Of a stretch of DNA of 64,000 nt, positions 38,328 through 50,458 are shown piece by piece. A model generated the notes under the pieces. The model made no database searches. It saw nothing but the letters and a program-made list of their open reading frames with translations, and was not told where the DNA came from. The stretch lies in the NCBI RefSeq assembly GCF_006345805.1, contig NC_043000.1, positions 83,948,001 to 84,012,000 of the forward strand. Reading direction: 5' to 3'. A program made the translations under genes and the position numbers. This DNA comes from Octopus sinensis (taxonomy: Eukaryota). Each line of letters opens with the position of its first letter. The first letter of the stretch is position 1.

Positions 38328-39886
38328 GTGAGAAAGCAAAGGCGAATTAGTAAAATCGTTTCAATATCCAACAGAGAGACCATTGCAGAATTTGTTCCGG
38401 CTCTGCGCTTTGGGTTCAAAACCTGTCGAAGACAACTTCATCTCTCAACATTCTGTAAGTAAATAATAAAAGAACCAGCCCAGAGCGACACATTGGCCGA
38501 ATTGTAACAGCTCTTTGTGTTCTGATAGCAATACCTGTGATGTCATTAGTAACAAATTGTATCGGTCTTTGCCGCTTACGTATATGAAGAACTGCTGATC
38601 TTAAAGAGACTATCACTTGCTCTGCTGTGGTGTTTGGTGTGGAATTTTTTAGGCACTAATCCACGACAGTACCATTGGTGCGCGCGCACACCTATGTGAG
38701 CCTATGCAATTGTGTGTATATCTATGTATATATGTGTGTGTGTGTAACTGTATGTGAAAGTGAGCAATTTGTTATATACACGGTTATTAACCGAAAGTCC
38801 ATGCCTAATCGTTCAGATGTTCGCTAAAACCGAAATCTTAGCGTTTCGGTTTGAAATGTTTGAAAGATGAGTTCTTACTGACCATGCTTGTCAAAACTAA
38901 TCCTAGACGAATGTACATTTGTGACAGTATTTGAAAATTATTGTGTATTTCTTGTTGAGAGATATCACAGACTACTTTGGTGTATGCAATTTCTCAGAGA
39001 AGCACAGACTGCAATGATGATGCGAAGTCGATAATTTTCTTGTAAGTTATGGTACTGTTGGGGTCTCTATTTCCTATATGGTCTTTGTTTTGCCACCAAT
39101 AATGTTTAGTTTGAGAATTGATGGTAGGGTATTACAGACACGCGCATACACCACACATACATCGCACATATATATACACTATGCGCGTGCATGTGATACT
39201 CCACACAAATATATGTTCATGTATGCATACATATGATTATAAACGAAAGAGCTGGTGGCTTATATCTGAAAACAAAACAAAACAAATAAAGATATATTAC
39301 ATACCATGTAAATGGACTCTGGATAGATTGGAATTGTATCAGCTTCCAGAGAGAGAAGAGTAATTGCCTGGTAGCTATTAGAGCTAATCCTAAGTGAGAA
39401 GGGGAGACTCAAGAATAAGGAATCAAGGATTCTCCAAATCTGAAACAGCCCGATGGTCTGGAGGCTGCGTCCACGTGTTTCTTCCTCAGTAGGCGTCATT
39501 AGCACAGCAATTTTATTTATCTTTGCTCAGTTTTTTTTCTATCTATACAAGCTGAATAGAGAAAACTTATAGTCAAAAGCAGATTGCATAACTACATAAA
39601 AAAAAACAAAAGAAGTAAATCTGAATAGCTTCTGGTATAAATTTGAACAAGACAGGTATGTTAAATACATGCAAGATAAATTCTTGATTTATTGAACTTA
39701 TCTTCCCTTCTATACAAGGCAAATAAACGGCTGGTGACGATTGCGATCGGTATTAATGAAATGGGGAAATAGTCTAAGTACATGTATGTATGTATGTATG
39801 TATGTATGTATGTATGTATGTATGTATGTATGTATGTATGTATGTATGTATTTATGTATGTATGTATGTTTGTATGTATGTATGTA

Positions 39887-40790
39887 TCCGCGACTTTCGT
39901 GGCCACTTTTAATATACGAGGTAGCGTCAATAGTCGAAATTTATAAACTGGGGAAGGTACGAACGGCGATGATGATGAAAGAGTCGAGGGATATGGAAAT
40001 CAGGCGTAATCCACCAGGTATGAAAACAGCTAGGAAGTGGAGAAGCACAGACTGATGATATCCCGTCTTCTCTTACACACCGAGATATGATGGGTGCAAC
40101 GCAGATTCATCGGAAGGGACATAGTTTTGGTGCAGATCGGTTCAGACCATTTGCAAGTATGATGCGGACTGAACGCAGATCTGTTGTTAGCAACAGCGTC
40201 AAAGCGAGGGAAGCAGAGAGAAGAGAGCTTCATTTGATCCAATGCATTCAAGAAGGACAGATGACGAGATGGGAGGAATGAGATGAGCGGAACAAGGCTG
40301 AGGGTGGAGTTAAGGGTGGGGTATGATGGAGTGGGCGTGCGATGGGTTGGATAGGGGAGGTGAGGCCGGATTGTGTAGGGATGGGGTTACGAAGGAAGGG
40401 TGACGATGAAGGGAGAGGGTGAAGGGAGAAGGTGGGTAGGGGTGAAGAGAAGAGAGAAAGAGGATAGGAGAGAAGGAGGATAGGAGAGAAGAAGGAGTCG
40501 GAGCAAAAGAGGAGAGGTGGGAGGGAGGAAGTAGGTGTGAGAGGAAGAGAGGAGAGAGGAGGAGGGTTAGATGAAGAGGAGAGAAGAGTTGAGCCCATGT
40601 GACGCAAAAGAACGAAGAGAGAAGATTAATCCTTGTTCACGGCGAAGACGAGTGTCCAGATGGCCCCTTTGCAAAAACAATCCGAACACAGACAGGTGTT
40701 GCAAAGAGAGACCGGTAGACCGGAAACGGTGCGAGACCAGGGTGTCATTGCTGATTTGGATGTTGGCCTAATGATGGCGAGTGAGCCAAA
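39887..40790 (-). mobile_element. 3' end of a Penelope-like element (Neptune/Poseidon-type GIY-YIG C-terminus, pyrimidine-rich UTR, (CATA)n flank)
   Basis: An ATG-less frame at 40567-40767 reads ANIQISNDTLVSHRFRSTGLSLQHLSVFGLFLQRGHLDTRLRREQGLIFSLRSFASHGLNSSLLFI*, matching the PLE pattern R..EQ.LIF.L...P.GLN. Confidence 0.7.
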
Positions 40791-41526
40791 ACTTCGAAGT
40801 TACTGTCAAACACTACTAAAAATTATTGAGCAATCCCTCCAATAAATATATTGACGTAAAAAACAAACATTGATATGTGTGTGAGTGTGTGTGTCTGCGT
40901 GTATATGTCGTGTGTTTGTATGTATTTCTGTATGCACATGTGTGTGTATATGTTTGTGTGTGTGTCTGTGTGTGTGCCGGAAGAACAGAGAGCTATATGA
41001 TGTGAAGAATGAGATAATTGAATGCTAATTATGTAGGTATATAGCTACAGAGCATGCTAGGTGAATGAATGCTTAAAAGAGATAAAAAATTTAAAAATAG
41101 ATAATGTGTATTTGAAAAGTACACACACATATGCACACACACGCACGTGCGCACGTGCAGTGAGTTGGACGTTGTTTGAGTAATCTTGCAAAAATACATA
41201 AAGGGGTAACGAGGGAATAAAACGACAGAGTCATGAAAAAATAGATAGTTAGATAGAGAGAAAGAACGAGAGAGAGAGAGAGAGGGAGAGATGGAGAGAG
41301 AGAAAGAGGAAGAGAGGGAAGGGGAAGATGGAAAAGGGAAAAGTCTCTTAGAGATAGATAGGGAGTAAAGCTTAGCCATAAAAGGAAATAGTAATATACA
41401 AACAGGAAAAGGTTGAACAGGTACTTTAGTGTGTATGAATATATGAATATGTGATATGTATATATATATTTATATCTAAATCTATATCTATATCTATATA
41501 TATATATGTATGTATGTATATATATT

Positions 41527-42808
41527 TCTCTCTCTCTCTTCTCTTTCTTTTCTTTTCCCTCTTCTCTGTCACGTGACTGTTGGCCGAAATCTGCCTTTCA
41601 GCTCCTGACCCTCGTCGTGTTAACATCGTTTGTTCTTCGTCCGCCGCTATAAAGGCTTTTTCCAATGCGCCAGAAAAAATTTGTTTGCTTGTTATCAGTC
41701 GTAAGACACTTGTTGTTTTCACCGTTATGCTTCTGTTTTCATGTTTCTGTTTCCATTATTGTTTTTTTTTTTTTTATATCTGTCCTGTCCCTTTTGCTGT
41801 CCTGGTGTTCGTATGCATTCGATCCTTCTTCCAGAAATCTACGCTTCCAGCTTAGTTTTTCTTCTTGGGGTGGCCGTGATCTAGTAATCTCAAGATTAAT
41901 CAGCCGAAATTACTACGATGATCCGTTCTTGACTGAAACTGAGGGGTTCGAATGTCCTGTCCATGTTTATTGTATCGTCTTCTATGAGTATACGTTCTTG
42001 TCCGTGTTGTATTTTTCTACATACCTAACATATATTCCAGGCGCCCCGTACCCCTTTATCATTAATGTGACCACCATAGTCTTAATAATTGGTACGACTC
42101 TCTGTTTGTCTCTCTCTCTCTCTCATTTTTACTTTCTCTCATTCATCTTCTCTTTCCTCTGATCCTTTGTCTAGTCTTCCACTACCCTCCTATTTCTTTG
42201 TCTCGCTCTGCACTCACAGTCATTCTTCGACCCCATCCCTTCTCCTCTCTGATTCCTTCTTTCTCTCTCTTCTCTCTCTTTGTTGCGTTTTTTTCCCCTT
42301 TTCTCTCTCTCTCTTCTCTTTCTTTTCTTTTCCCTCTTCTCTGTCACGTGACTGTTGGCCGAAATCTGCCTTTCAGCTCCTGACCCTCGTCGTGTTACGT
42401 CGTTTTTCGTTGTTCGTCCCGCCGCTATAAAGGCTTTTTCCAAAGCGCCAGAGAAAAAATTTGTTGCTTGTTATCTCAGTCGTAAGACACTTGTTGTTTT
42501 CACCGTTAATGCTTCTGTATTTCATGTTTCTGTATTCCATTATTGTTTTTTGTTTTTTTTTATATCTGTCCCTTTTGCTGTCTTGGTGTTCGTATGCATT
42601 CGATCCTTCTTCCAGGAAATCTACGCTTCCAGCTTAGTTTTTCTTGGAGGCTGGCCGTGATCTAGTAATCTCAAGATTAATCAGCCGAAATTACTACGAT
42701 GATCCGGTTCTTGACTGAAGACTGAGGGGTTAGAATGTCCTGTCCATGTTTATTGTATCGTCTTCTATGAGTTATACGTTCTTGTCCGTGTTGTATTTTT
42801 CTACATAC

Positions 42809-42815
<7 letters not shown>
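41527..42815 (+). mobile_element. Partial tandem of a non-coding repeat: short copy 41527-42033 plus longer unit 42034-42815
   Basis: tctctgtcacgtgactgttggccgaaatctgcc...ttttctacatacctaa occurs twice about 775 bp apart; the differences are mostly 1-3-bp indels. Confidence 0.85.
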
Positions 42816-42847
<32 letters not shown>

Positions 42848-43821
42848 GCACATATATATGTATATATATATGTATATATATGTATATATATGTGTATATA
42901 TGTATATAATGTATATATGTATATATATGTATATATGTACATATGTATATATGTATATATATATGTAATATATATATATATATATATAATATAGATATAT
43001 ATATATATATAATATATATATACGTATATCTATACACACACCATATAAACAATCTATATTATTGTCATTATTTTTATCATTTTCCGTAATTATTTTTGTA
43101 CTTATTGTTCTGTTTCCTACCCATTTAAGCCATGTTAAATACATATTCTTTGCACAAGAAAAAAAGCATACCTTAAAAGTTTGTCTGATGAAGTGACAAT
43201 CAAGAATATTCAGTGACGCATATTGCGTAATCTTTAACACAGAGTAATTTCTATGAATGACACATGCAATGTGGTTAAAAACTGAGTGGTACGGAAACAA
43301 TAGAAACGGACGGATATTAAAGTTGCGCTAAATTCATTCTTCGTCTTTTGTTTATGTCGGACGAATGAGAGAGGACTGCTCAATTCATGGATAGAGCATT
43401 TCTTATTTGACAAACAGGAATTGAGAGTTTGTCATATGACTTGAATTTAATGCTACTGTGATTTCAACTGAAGATCGCATTAATGTGAATCGAGTTGCGA
43501 GACAAACACTTGCTTTCAGTTTCAACAAAAATAACTACGCGCGCGCACACTGCCTTGCTTTGGGACTGCGCGTCGAGACATACAGCGTTTTCAGGTAGAG
43601 TATACATTTCTTTGTCAGAAATCGCCGGTCTACTCCGGGAACAGGGATAGACAGAAGAAAAGCGCATTAACTCCAGTATAAAGCTGGGATTTATTTAACG
43701 ACTCAGAAACGACGAATGGCAAAGTTGATCTCTGCAGGATTTGAACTGAGAGTTGGAAGAGCTGTGACGAATACAGAAAAGTAACGATCCGACTCTCTAA
43801 CGACTTTGCCACTTGACCACC

Positions 43822-43911
<90 letters not shown>

Positions 43912-43983
43912 CGTTCATCTGTCAGTCAGTCTCCTGTCTCTCCCCATTTCTCTGTCTGTCTGCTTGCCCGTTGTCTGTCTCTT

Positions 43984-44045
<62 letters not shown>

Positions 44046-44067
44046 CATATCATACATATATATTCTT

Positions 44068-44252
44068 TTATTTGTTTCAGCTATTTGACTGCAGTCATGC
44101 TGGAGCACCGTCTTTAGTCGAGCAAATCAACCCCAGGACTTATTCTTTGTAAACCTAGTACTTATACTATCGGTCTCTTTTACCGAATCACTTAGTTACG
44201 GGAACGTAAACACACCAGCATCGCTTGACAACCGATGTTGGGGGACAAACAC

Positions 44253-44329
<77 letters not shown>

Positions 44330-44481
44330 ACGATGGTCTTATTTCAGTTTCCGTCTACCAAATCTACTCACAAGGCTTTGGTCGGCCTGAGGCTATAGAA
44401 GACACTTGCCCGAGGTGCCACACAGTGAGACAGCCCAGAACCATGTAAGCAAGCTACTTACCACTCAGCCACACCTGCCCC
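44068..44481 (-). mobile_element. SINE family A, full length
   Basis: Complete reverse complement of the family A head, (TG)n centre and tail. Confidence 0.88.
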
Positions 44482-44501
44482 TATGTATGTATGTATGTAT
44501 G

Positions 44502-44547
<46 letters not shown>

Positions 44548-44550
<3 letters not shown>

Positions 44551-44782
44551 ATAAATATTAGGGAATAAATCCAAATTTACAAAGAAAAATCAGATTTAAG
44601 ATTGAATCCAATTTCCTAGTAAAATATTATATTAAATTAGAGACAAAACCACTATTATGCAAATCAAACAAAGAAAGACTTAAGCCAATACATAAAATAA
44701 TTTATATAAATTAAAATTTATATGTTAAATCTTAATTATATAAATTTGTTTGATTTGCATAATAGTGGTTTTGTCTCTAATT
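44548..44782. repeat. (TA)n-embedded short repeat ending in a perfect 38-bp fold-back
   Basis: 44635-44672 is the exact reverse complement of 44745-44782. Confidence 0.85.
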
Positions 44783-45599
44783 AATATATATATATAATAT
44801 ATATATTATATATATATATATTATATATATATATATAATATAAATAATATATAAATATATATGCATACATATATATGTATATACACCGACCATAGTACTT
44901 CACTCTTACATTATTTTATATACTTTCCTATGTATGACAAGAAAAGTTGACTTCGATTGGAATTTGAACCCAGAGCGGAAGAAATACCAGAAGAAATTTT
45001 GTTCGACGCTTTAAGGATTCTGCCAATCCACCTCCCGGTGAGAGAGAAAAATAATGGGAAAATCTTGGAGACAAGAGAGAAAGTGAGTGAAAGCCTGTAA
45101 GTTATCAGAATATAATTTAAACAAGGCTTCAACCAAAGATGCTCTGCGTGTAACGAGTTAGTAATAAAATTGCATTGTTCGTTTAGCTTCACTAGGTTTT
45201 CGAAATAATCGATAAGTCATGTATGTTTTTTACTACTTCTCCAACTCACTATAAGATAATAAAAAGGGACGGAAATGGGGCTGTTAAGTTATGGCTTCCG
45301 GTTTCCTTTCCTTTTCTTTCTTTTTCTTTCTCCCTTTCACTCTTTTTTATAGAGATGCTCTCTTCTTTTTTTATTTTAAACATTGTTAAAAATTCTGCTA
45401 CTTGCTCGTTCATTAACTTCTATCAACATTTAATTCTGTTCACTTCTGAATCTTGTGAGCATAACAATACAATCCGGTATCTGAAAGGTATAGGGTTCAT
45501 TTCTCTGTAGCCACCTGCTAGTAACCTTTTCCCGCCTTCTAGAGCTATTTACCCAATATACTTGGCTATTTTCACTGCTATCACGCTTTCGAAATTTGA

Positions 45600-45795
45600 C
45601 GTGCTCAAATTAGCATGCCGGGCGAAATTCCCAGCGGCATTTTGTCCATCTTTACGTTCTGTGTTCAGATGTTAGCTTTGCCCTTCATCCTTTCGGGGTC
45701 GATGAAATAAGTATCAGTTGCGCACTTGGGTCGATGTAATGGACTTACCCCTTACTTCGAAATTGCTGGCCTCATGCCAACATTTGAAACTTCTA
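45600..45795 (+). mobile_element. SINE family B
   Basis: ttagcatgccgggcgaaat..tcctttcggggtcgatgaaataagt..ctggcctcatgccaacatttgaaac. Confidence 0.75.
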
Positions 45796-45804
45796 CCTAC
45801 CTAC

Positions 45805-45913
<109 letters not shown>

Positions 45914-45952
45914 CTCCCCCCACACACAACACACTTGTAAATGTATATATAT

Positions 45953-46680
45953 AATACAAAATGGGACAAGAACGCAAAACATCCAGACACTTAGGTGATA
46001 CAAAAAGGGACAACAAAACATCCAGATAGACGATACAAAGAAACCAAGGATGGGTCATTCGGAGTTTTCTTTCCTCAGTCGAGTTCCAGATTACTTTTAC
46101 AATTTCGGCTGGTTATATTCGAGATTGCTCCAATCTGGCCAGCCCCAAGGAAAAACTAAGCTAAGAGCATTAGATTCCTTGGAAGAAAGCAGCGAATGTA
46201 TATGAAAACAAGGACGGGAAAAAATTGAGAATGTTATACAAATACAAATAACAGGACATAACAACAGGTGTCTTTCGACTAAGGACGAATTAAATTAAGC
46301 TGGCGTGTGTGGAAAAAAGCCTTACAGCAGGGATACAAGATTTCACAAGCACAGGGAGGAATATCGATGTTGCACGGACGGCGGACGAACCAAGAAAGAA
46401 AGGTCAGGCTTGGCCGAACACCGGTCACGTGGGGAGAGAAGAGAGAGAGAGAGATAGATAGATAGAGAGAGAGGTAGAGAATGAGGGACAGAAGAATTAA
46501 AGAGGGTCGAGAAAAAATGACAGGGACACAGTGAAGAGAAAAGAGGAGGGAAAGTGAGCATTAAGAGAAGACAAGGAAATGTGAGAGTGGGGAACGAAAG
46601 AACGAAGAGTGGAATGAACGAAGTAAGCGTGAAAGGGCTGATAGAAAGAAAGAATATATACACGATTCTGGTAATTAATT
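45953..46680 (-). mobile_element. Diverged inverted relative of the 41.5-42.8 kb repeat
   Basis: Shares ggccagccccaaggaaaaactaagct (versus agcttagtttttcttcttggggtggcc), ggccgaa/ggtcacgtg and a GA-rich segment, in the same order. Confidence 0.6.
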
Positions 46681-47053
46681 CAGTAGTACTTCAGCATATA
46701 TTTGGCTAACAGGGTACTCAGAAGGAATAATTATGATATTTCCTGTCTATCAATCAGTCGATAGAACAGCCAATGAAATATTAACTAGATAAACGATATC
46801 AAGTAGAGTGCCGGACCAAATGTTTCGTCACCAAAAGTGACCCGGATTTCTAGATTTTCCGGTTCTCTGGCGAGTTTCAGAATATATACTTCAATTGGCG
46901 CAGACGTGACTGTGTGGTATTGCTTTCTAACGACAAGGTTCCGGGCCCAGCCTCACTGCGTGGCACCTTGGGCAAGTGTCTTCTACTATAGCCTCGGGCT
47001 GATCAAACTTTTGTGAATGGATTTGCTAGATGGAAATTGAAAGAAGCCTGTTG

Positions 47054-47491
47054 GGATCTTTTCGGTTTGAAGGCAGTTTTTTCTAGCGGTGTCATATGAA
47101 ATTGTCATCCATAATTATGACCATAGAATCGATCTATAGCACTTCAATCTATTTTAGGGTTAGAGTTAGTTAGGGTTAGTTAGGGTGGGGGAAGGGTGGG
47201 GGAAGGGTATCGTTTTTTCTTCACAAATGTAAATAAATCCGATCTGTTTCTTAAACGAGAGACATATTCATACGGCACAGAATGCTTTTTAACTCAATAG
47301 ACGTCACTGATTGGTTGGAATTGCAGAAATTGAAGAAAAAAACAACAAATATCTTACAAACTATAGAATTTTCTCAATAAAGCCAAGAGAAAAAGATGTT
47401 TCATAAACACATTCTACCAGTATACGAAGTTTAAAATTTTTTAGTTACCTAGAAATTATGTTAAAAAGTGCTGTTCAAACCGAAAAGATCC
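47054..47491. mobile_element. 438-bp MITE, about 30-bp TIRs with GGATC termini, perfect 8-bp TSD
   Basis: TIRs ggatcttttcggtttgaa / ttcaaaccgaaaagatcc; TSD GCCTGTTG at 47046-47053 and 47492-47499. Confidence 0.92.
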
Positions 47492-47558
47492 GCCTGTTGT
47501 AGATATATATATATATATTACACATTCTTTATTTTCTCTCCTTGTTTCTTTCTGGGTT

Positions 47559-47596
47559 TCTTTCTGTAGAAGAGCGTAGGCTCGAAACGTTAAAGA
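47559..47596 (+). ncRNA. Minimal (PLE-type) hammerhead motif with an A6-to-U core change
   Basis: Helix I TCTTT/AAAGA, core CTGTAGA, an extra A, stem II GAGC-gtag-GCTC, then GAAAC-GT-T. Confidence 0.5.
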
Positions 47597-48146
47597 CTTT
47601 TTCACTTCCCGAGCGTTAAGCTAATACATCTGTTTGTTGTCTACACCACTTGTCTTCGTCTTAGCAGTTCGGCAAGAGAGGCTGATAGAATAAGTAGTAG
47701 GATTACGAAGAATAAGTCCTGTAGTCAATTTCTTCGACTAAAAAAAAAAAACTTTAAGGAGGTGCTGCAGCATGGCCGCAGTCAAATGACTGAAACAAGT
47801 AAAAGAATAAAAGAACGTAGAATAAAACATGAAAAGTAAAGAACCAAATCGTATTGAACAGATTTAAATTAATACATTTCTAATGCTGGGTTTGTTTGAT
47901 ATTTATTAATCCACTGAAAATTCTTAAAATATATCATACAATATCAAGTATAGAGTGTAATGTTTATTGGATGGAAATTAAACGAAGTAAACAACGTTTT
48001 TACTTAACAGATACTGGCACAAATTAATAAACTTCTAAGGTAGGGAATGTTTAATCCTTATAAATCCACTTAAAAAAATAAAGAACAAAACAATGTCTGT
48101 TTACTCAATACAGGGTATAGTATATTGTGCACTATTATACAGTGAA

Positions 48147-48455
48147 GGCGCGTGGCTTAATGGTTATGGGTATTCGGCTCGCGATCGTAAGGTCGGGAGT
48201 TCGATTCCCGGCTGTGCGTTGTGTTCTTGAGCAAGACGCTTTATTTCATATTACTCCAGTCCACTCAGCTGGTAAAGATGAGTAGTTCCTGTATTTCAAA
48301 TGGACCTGCCTTGTCACATTCTGTTACTAGCTGAATCTCTCTGAGAACTACGTTAAGGGTACACATGTCTGTGGAGTGCTCAGCCGCATGCACGTTAATT
48401 ACATAAGTAGGCTGTTCCGCTGATCGCATCAACTAGAACCCCTGACGGTGTGTCA
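48147..48455 (+). mobile_element. tRNA-derived SINE family C
   Basis: A box tggcttaatgg and B box gttcgattcc; body matches 1044-1365. Confidence 0.85.
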
Positions 48456-48739
48456 ATTATAACACAGTACTCCTAAATTTCTGGAAGCTGGGCAAGCGGC
48501 CGTTTCTATACTCTGTAAATCTAGCAAAAAATGGAAAAAAAAAATCTGTCATCAAAAATGTTTTGTCATGGACATTCCTCAAAAAGTGGTCTTCGCTATG
48601 GACGTCCTTCTCTTAAGCTTCATTATTCCCCATGCCCGTTAATTTGCAAGACGGTAGTTTGTAATTGGTGAGACATTGGCCGCTATTTCTAGTAGTTAGA
48701 ATGACACAGGGTTCGACTTTTTAAAATTTGCTATTTGTA

Positions 48740-48902
48740 GGTGCAGACGTGGGTGTGTGGTTAGAATTTTGTTTCTCAGCCATGTGCTTCTGGATTCAAT
48801 CCCTACTGTGTGATAGATTAGGCAAGTGCCTTCTACTATAGCCCAGGGCTGACCAAAACCTCGTCACTGGATTTGGTAGACGGAAACTGAAAGAAGCCAA
48901 TC

Positions 48903-48971
<69 letters not shown>

Positions 48972-49735
48972 CAACTTTATGTCTTTTCGTATTTTCTACT
49001 GAAGAGGAAAAAATATATTATGAGATTAATTCCGAAATTGATTCAATATAGAAATAACAAACTTAAAAAAAAATTCTTTTTGGCAAGCTTTCCCCGATTT
49101 CAGCTCTACGTGTTTTCTGTAGCGAGTAAATAATATGTGGAAATTGACGATTTAAAAGTCTGTTATTAGCATAAAAGTTCCTCAACTTCTTTAGCCCTTG
49201 TTTATAAGTTGTTTATAATTTTAGCCTTAAAGGTATTTTAATATGCTGCCACATTTTCTGATGAAATATTTTTCTGTAAAAAGGCTTCATCCTATATATA
49301 TATATCAAGACCTCAGCTACGGTATTTTGTAAGCTTGCAGATACCAGATACATAACTCAAATTCTGTAGTATTTTGAGGAACTTTTAGCCTTTTGTATTA
49401 ATGCAGACATGTAATTAATTTATTTATTATTAAATGTAAATAATTTGCATGTTTTTGAGTTACGAAACAATTTGTCATGATATAAGGGGTTTTCTAATTG
49501 TTAAATAAAAGTTCATCGAGATATTTCTCTGTTATTTATGACTTTATATATGTTTGTGTGTATGTGTGTGTGTCTTTGTGTTGGTGTATTTACGCCTCAA
49601 AACTTAGCGGTTCGACAAAAGAAAACAATAGAATAAGCATCAGGCTTAAAGGTCGATTTATTCGACTAAGCCTGCCAAGGTGGTTCCCCAACAGAGCAGC
49701 AGTCCAAAGACTGAAACAGGTACACGATAAAAGAT
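48740..49735 (+). mobile_element. SINE family A split by an insert of about 580 bp in its central (TA)n
   Basis: The 5' half ends gaaagaagccaatcg at about 48905. The 3' half (ggtgtatttacgcc..cttagcggttcgacaaaag) resumes at about 49570. Confidence 0.7.
48993..49054 (+). ncRNA. Canonical type I hammerhead ribozyme
   Basis: Helix I TTTCTA (48993-98)/TAGAAA (49049-54); CTGAAGA (48999-49005); stem II GGAA/TTCC (49006-09/49030-33); GAA (49034-36); helix III ATTG/CAAT (49037-40/49044-47); cleavage triplet AUA, cut after 49048. Confidence 0.75.
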
Positions 49736-50161
49736 AGAAAATACCACATTCTCTACATATTTTGCTGCAGTCTATCAGTTTTCTACTCAATCAGTTTCCA
49801 AAGAAATTAATTAGTAATTGCATTAGTCTTTTAACATTAGTCTTTTAACACTGACTGTTTTACCGCTTCTACATTTACTTAGCTCAGATTCCCATTAATA
49901 TAGATTTTACCATCTGCTCATAAAATATAATTGTTGAGCAAAGGTTTCTTTAAAATACATTTTACAAGCTCCCATACATATATTTGCTCAAATTAAGCTT
50001 AATATTTTTCTCCATAAAATATTTACTACATTTCTGTAAAACACGTCTGCTTACAAAGGTTTATAAAAATATTTTTCATGTACCGATCTGATTAGCACAG
50101 ATTACACTGAAAGCTTTTTTTTTTTTGCTCTATGCTCTAGTGGCACATATATTTTTAGTGT

Positions 50162-50374
50162 TTCTTTTATCTTTCGCCTGTTTCCGTCATATGACTGCGG
50201 CCATGCTAGGGCACCACCTTGAAGGGCTTTAGTCGAACAAATCTACCCCAGGACTAAACTTTTCTTTTTAAACCTGGTACTTATTCTATCTGCCTCTTTG
50301 CCGAACCGGTAAGTTACGGGTACGTAAACAAACCAGCACCGGTTGTCAAGCGATGATGGAGGATAAGCACGCGC

Positions 50375-50458
<84 letters not shown>

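Larger units (their letters stand above)
46897..47815 (+). mobile_element. SINE family A carrying two nested insertions
   Basis: Head 46897-47053, MITE 47054-47491, (TA)n, an insert at about 47520-47660, then the family A 3' half to 47815. Confidence 0.85.

Noticed and set aside
40052-40058. CTGATGA inside the PLE 3' region
   Set aside because: It is on the strand opposite to the element and has no downstream GAAA or stems.
42710-42745. CTGAAGA...GAAT-GTC motif (also CTGAGGA...GAAT-GAC on the minus strand near 46065)
   Set aside because: It has GAAU instead of GAAA, no helix III and no helix I pairing.
47154-47185. TTAGGG repeats as an interstitial telomere
   Set aside because: There are only three non-contiguous hexamers, internal to a MITE.
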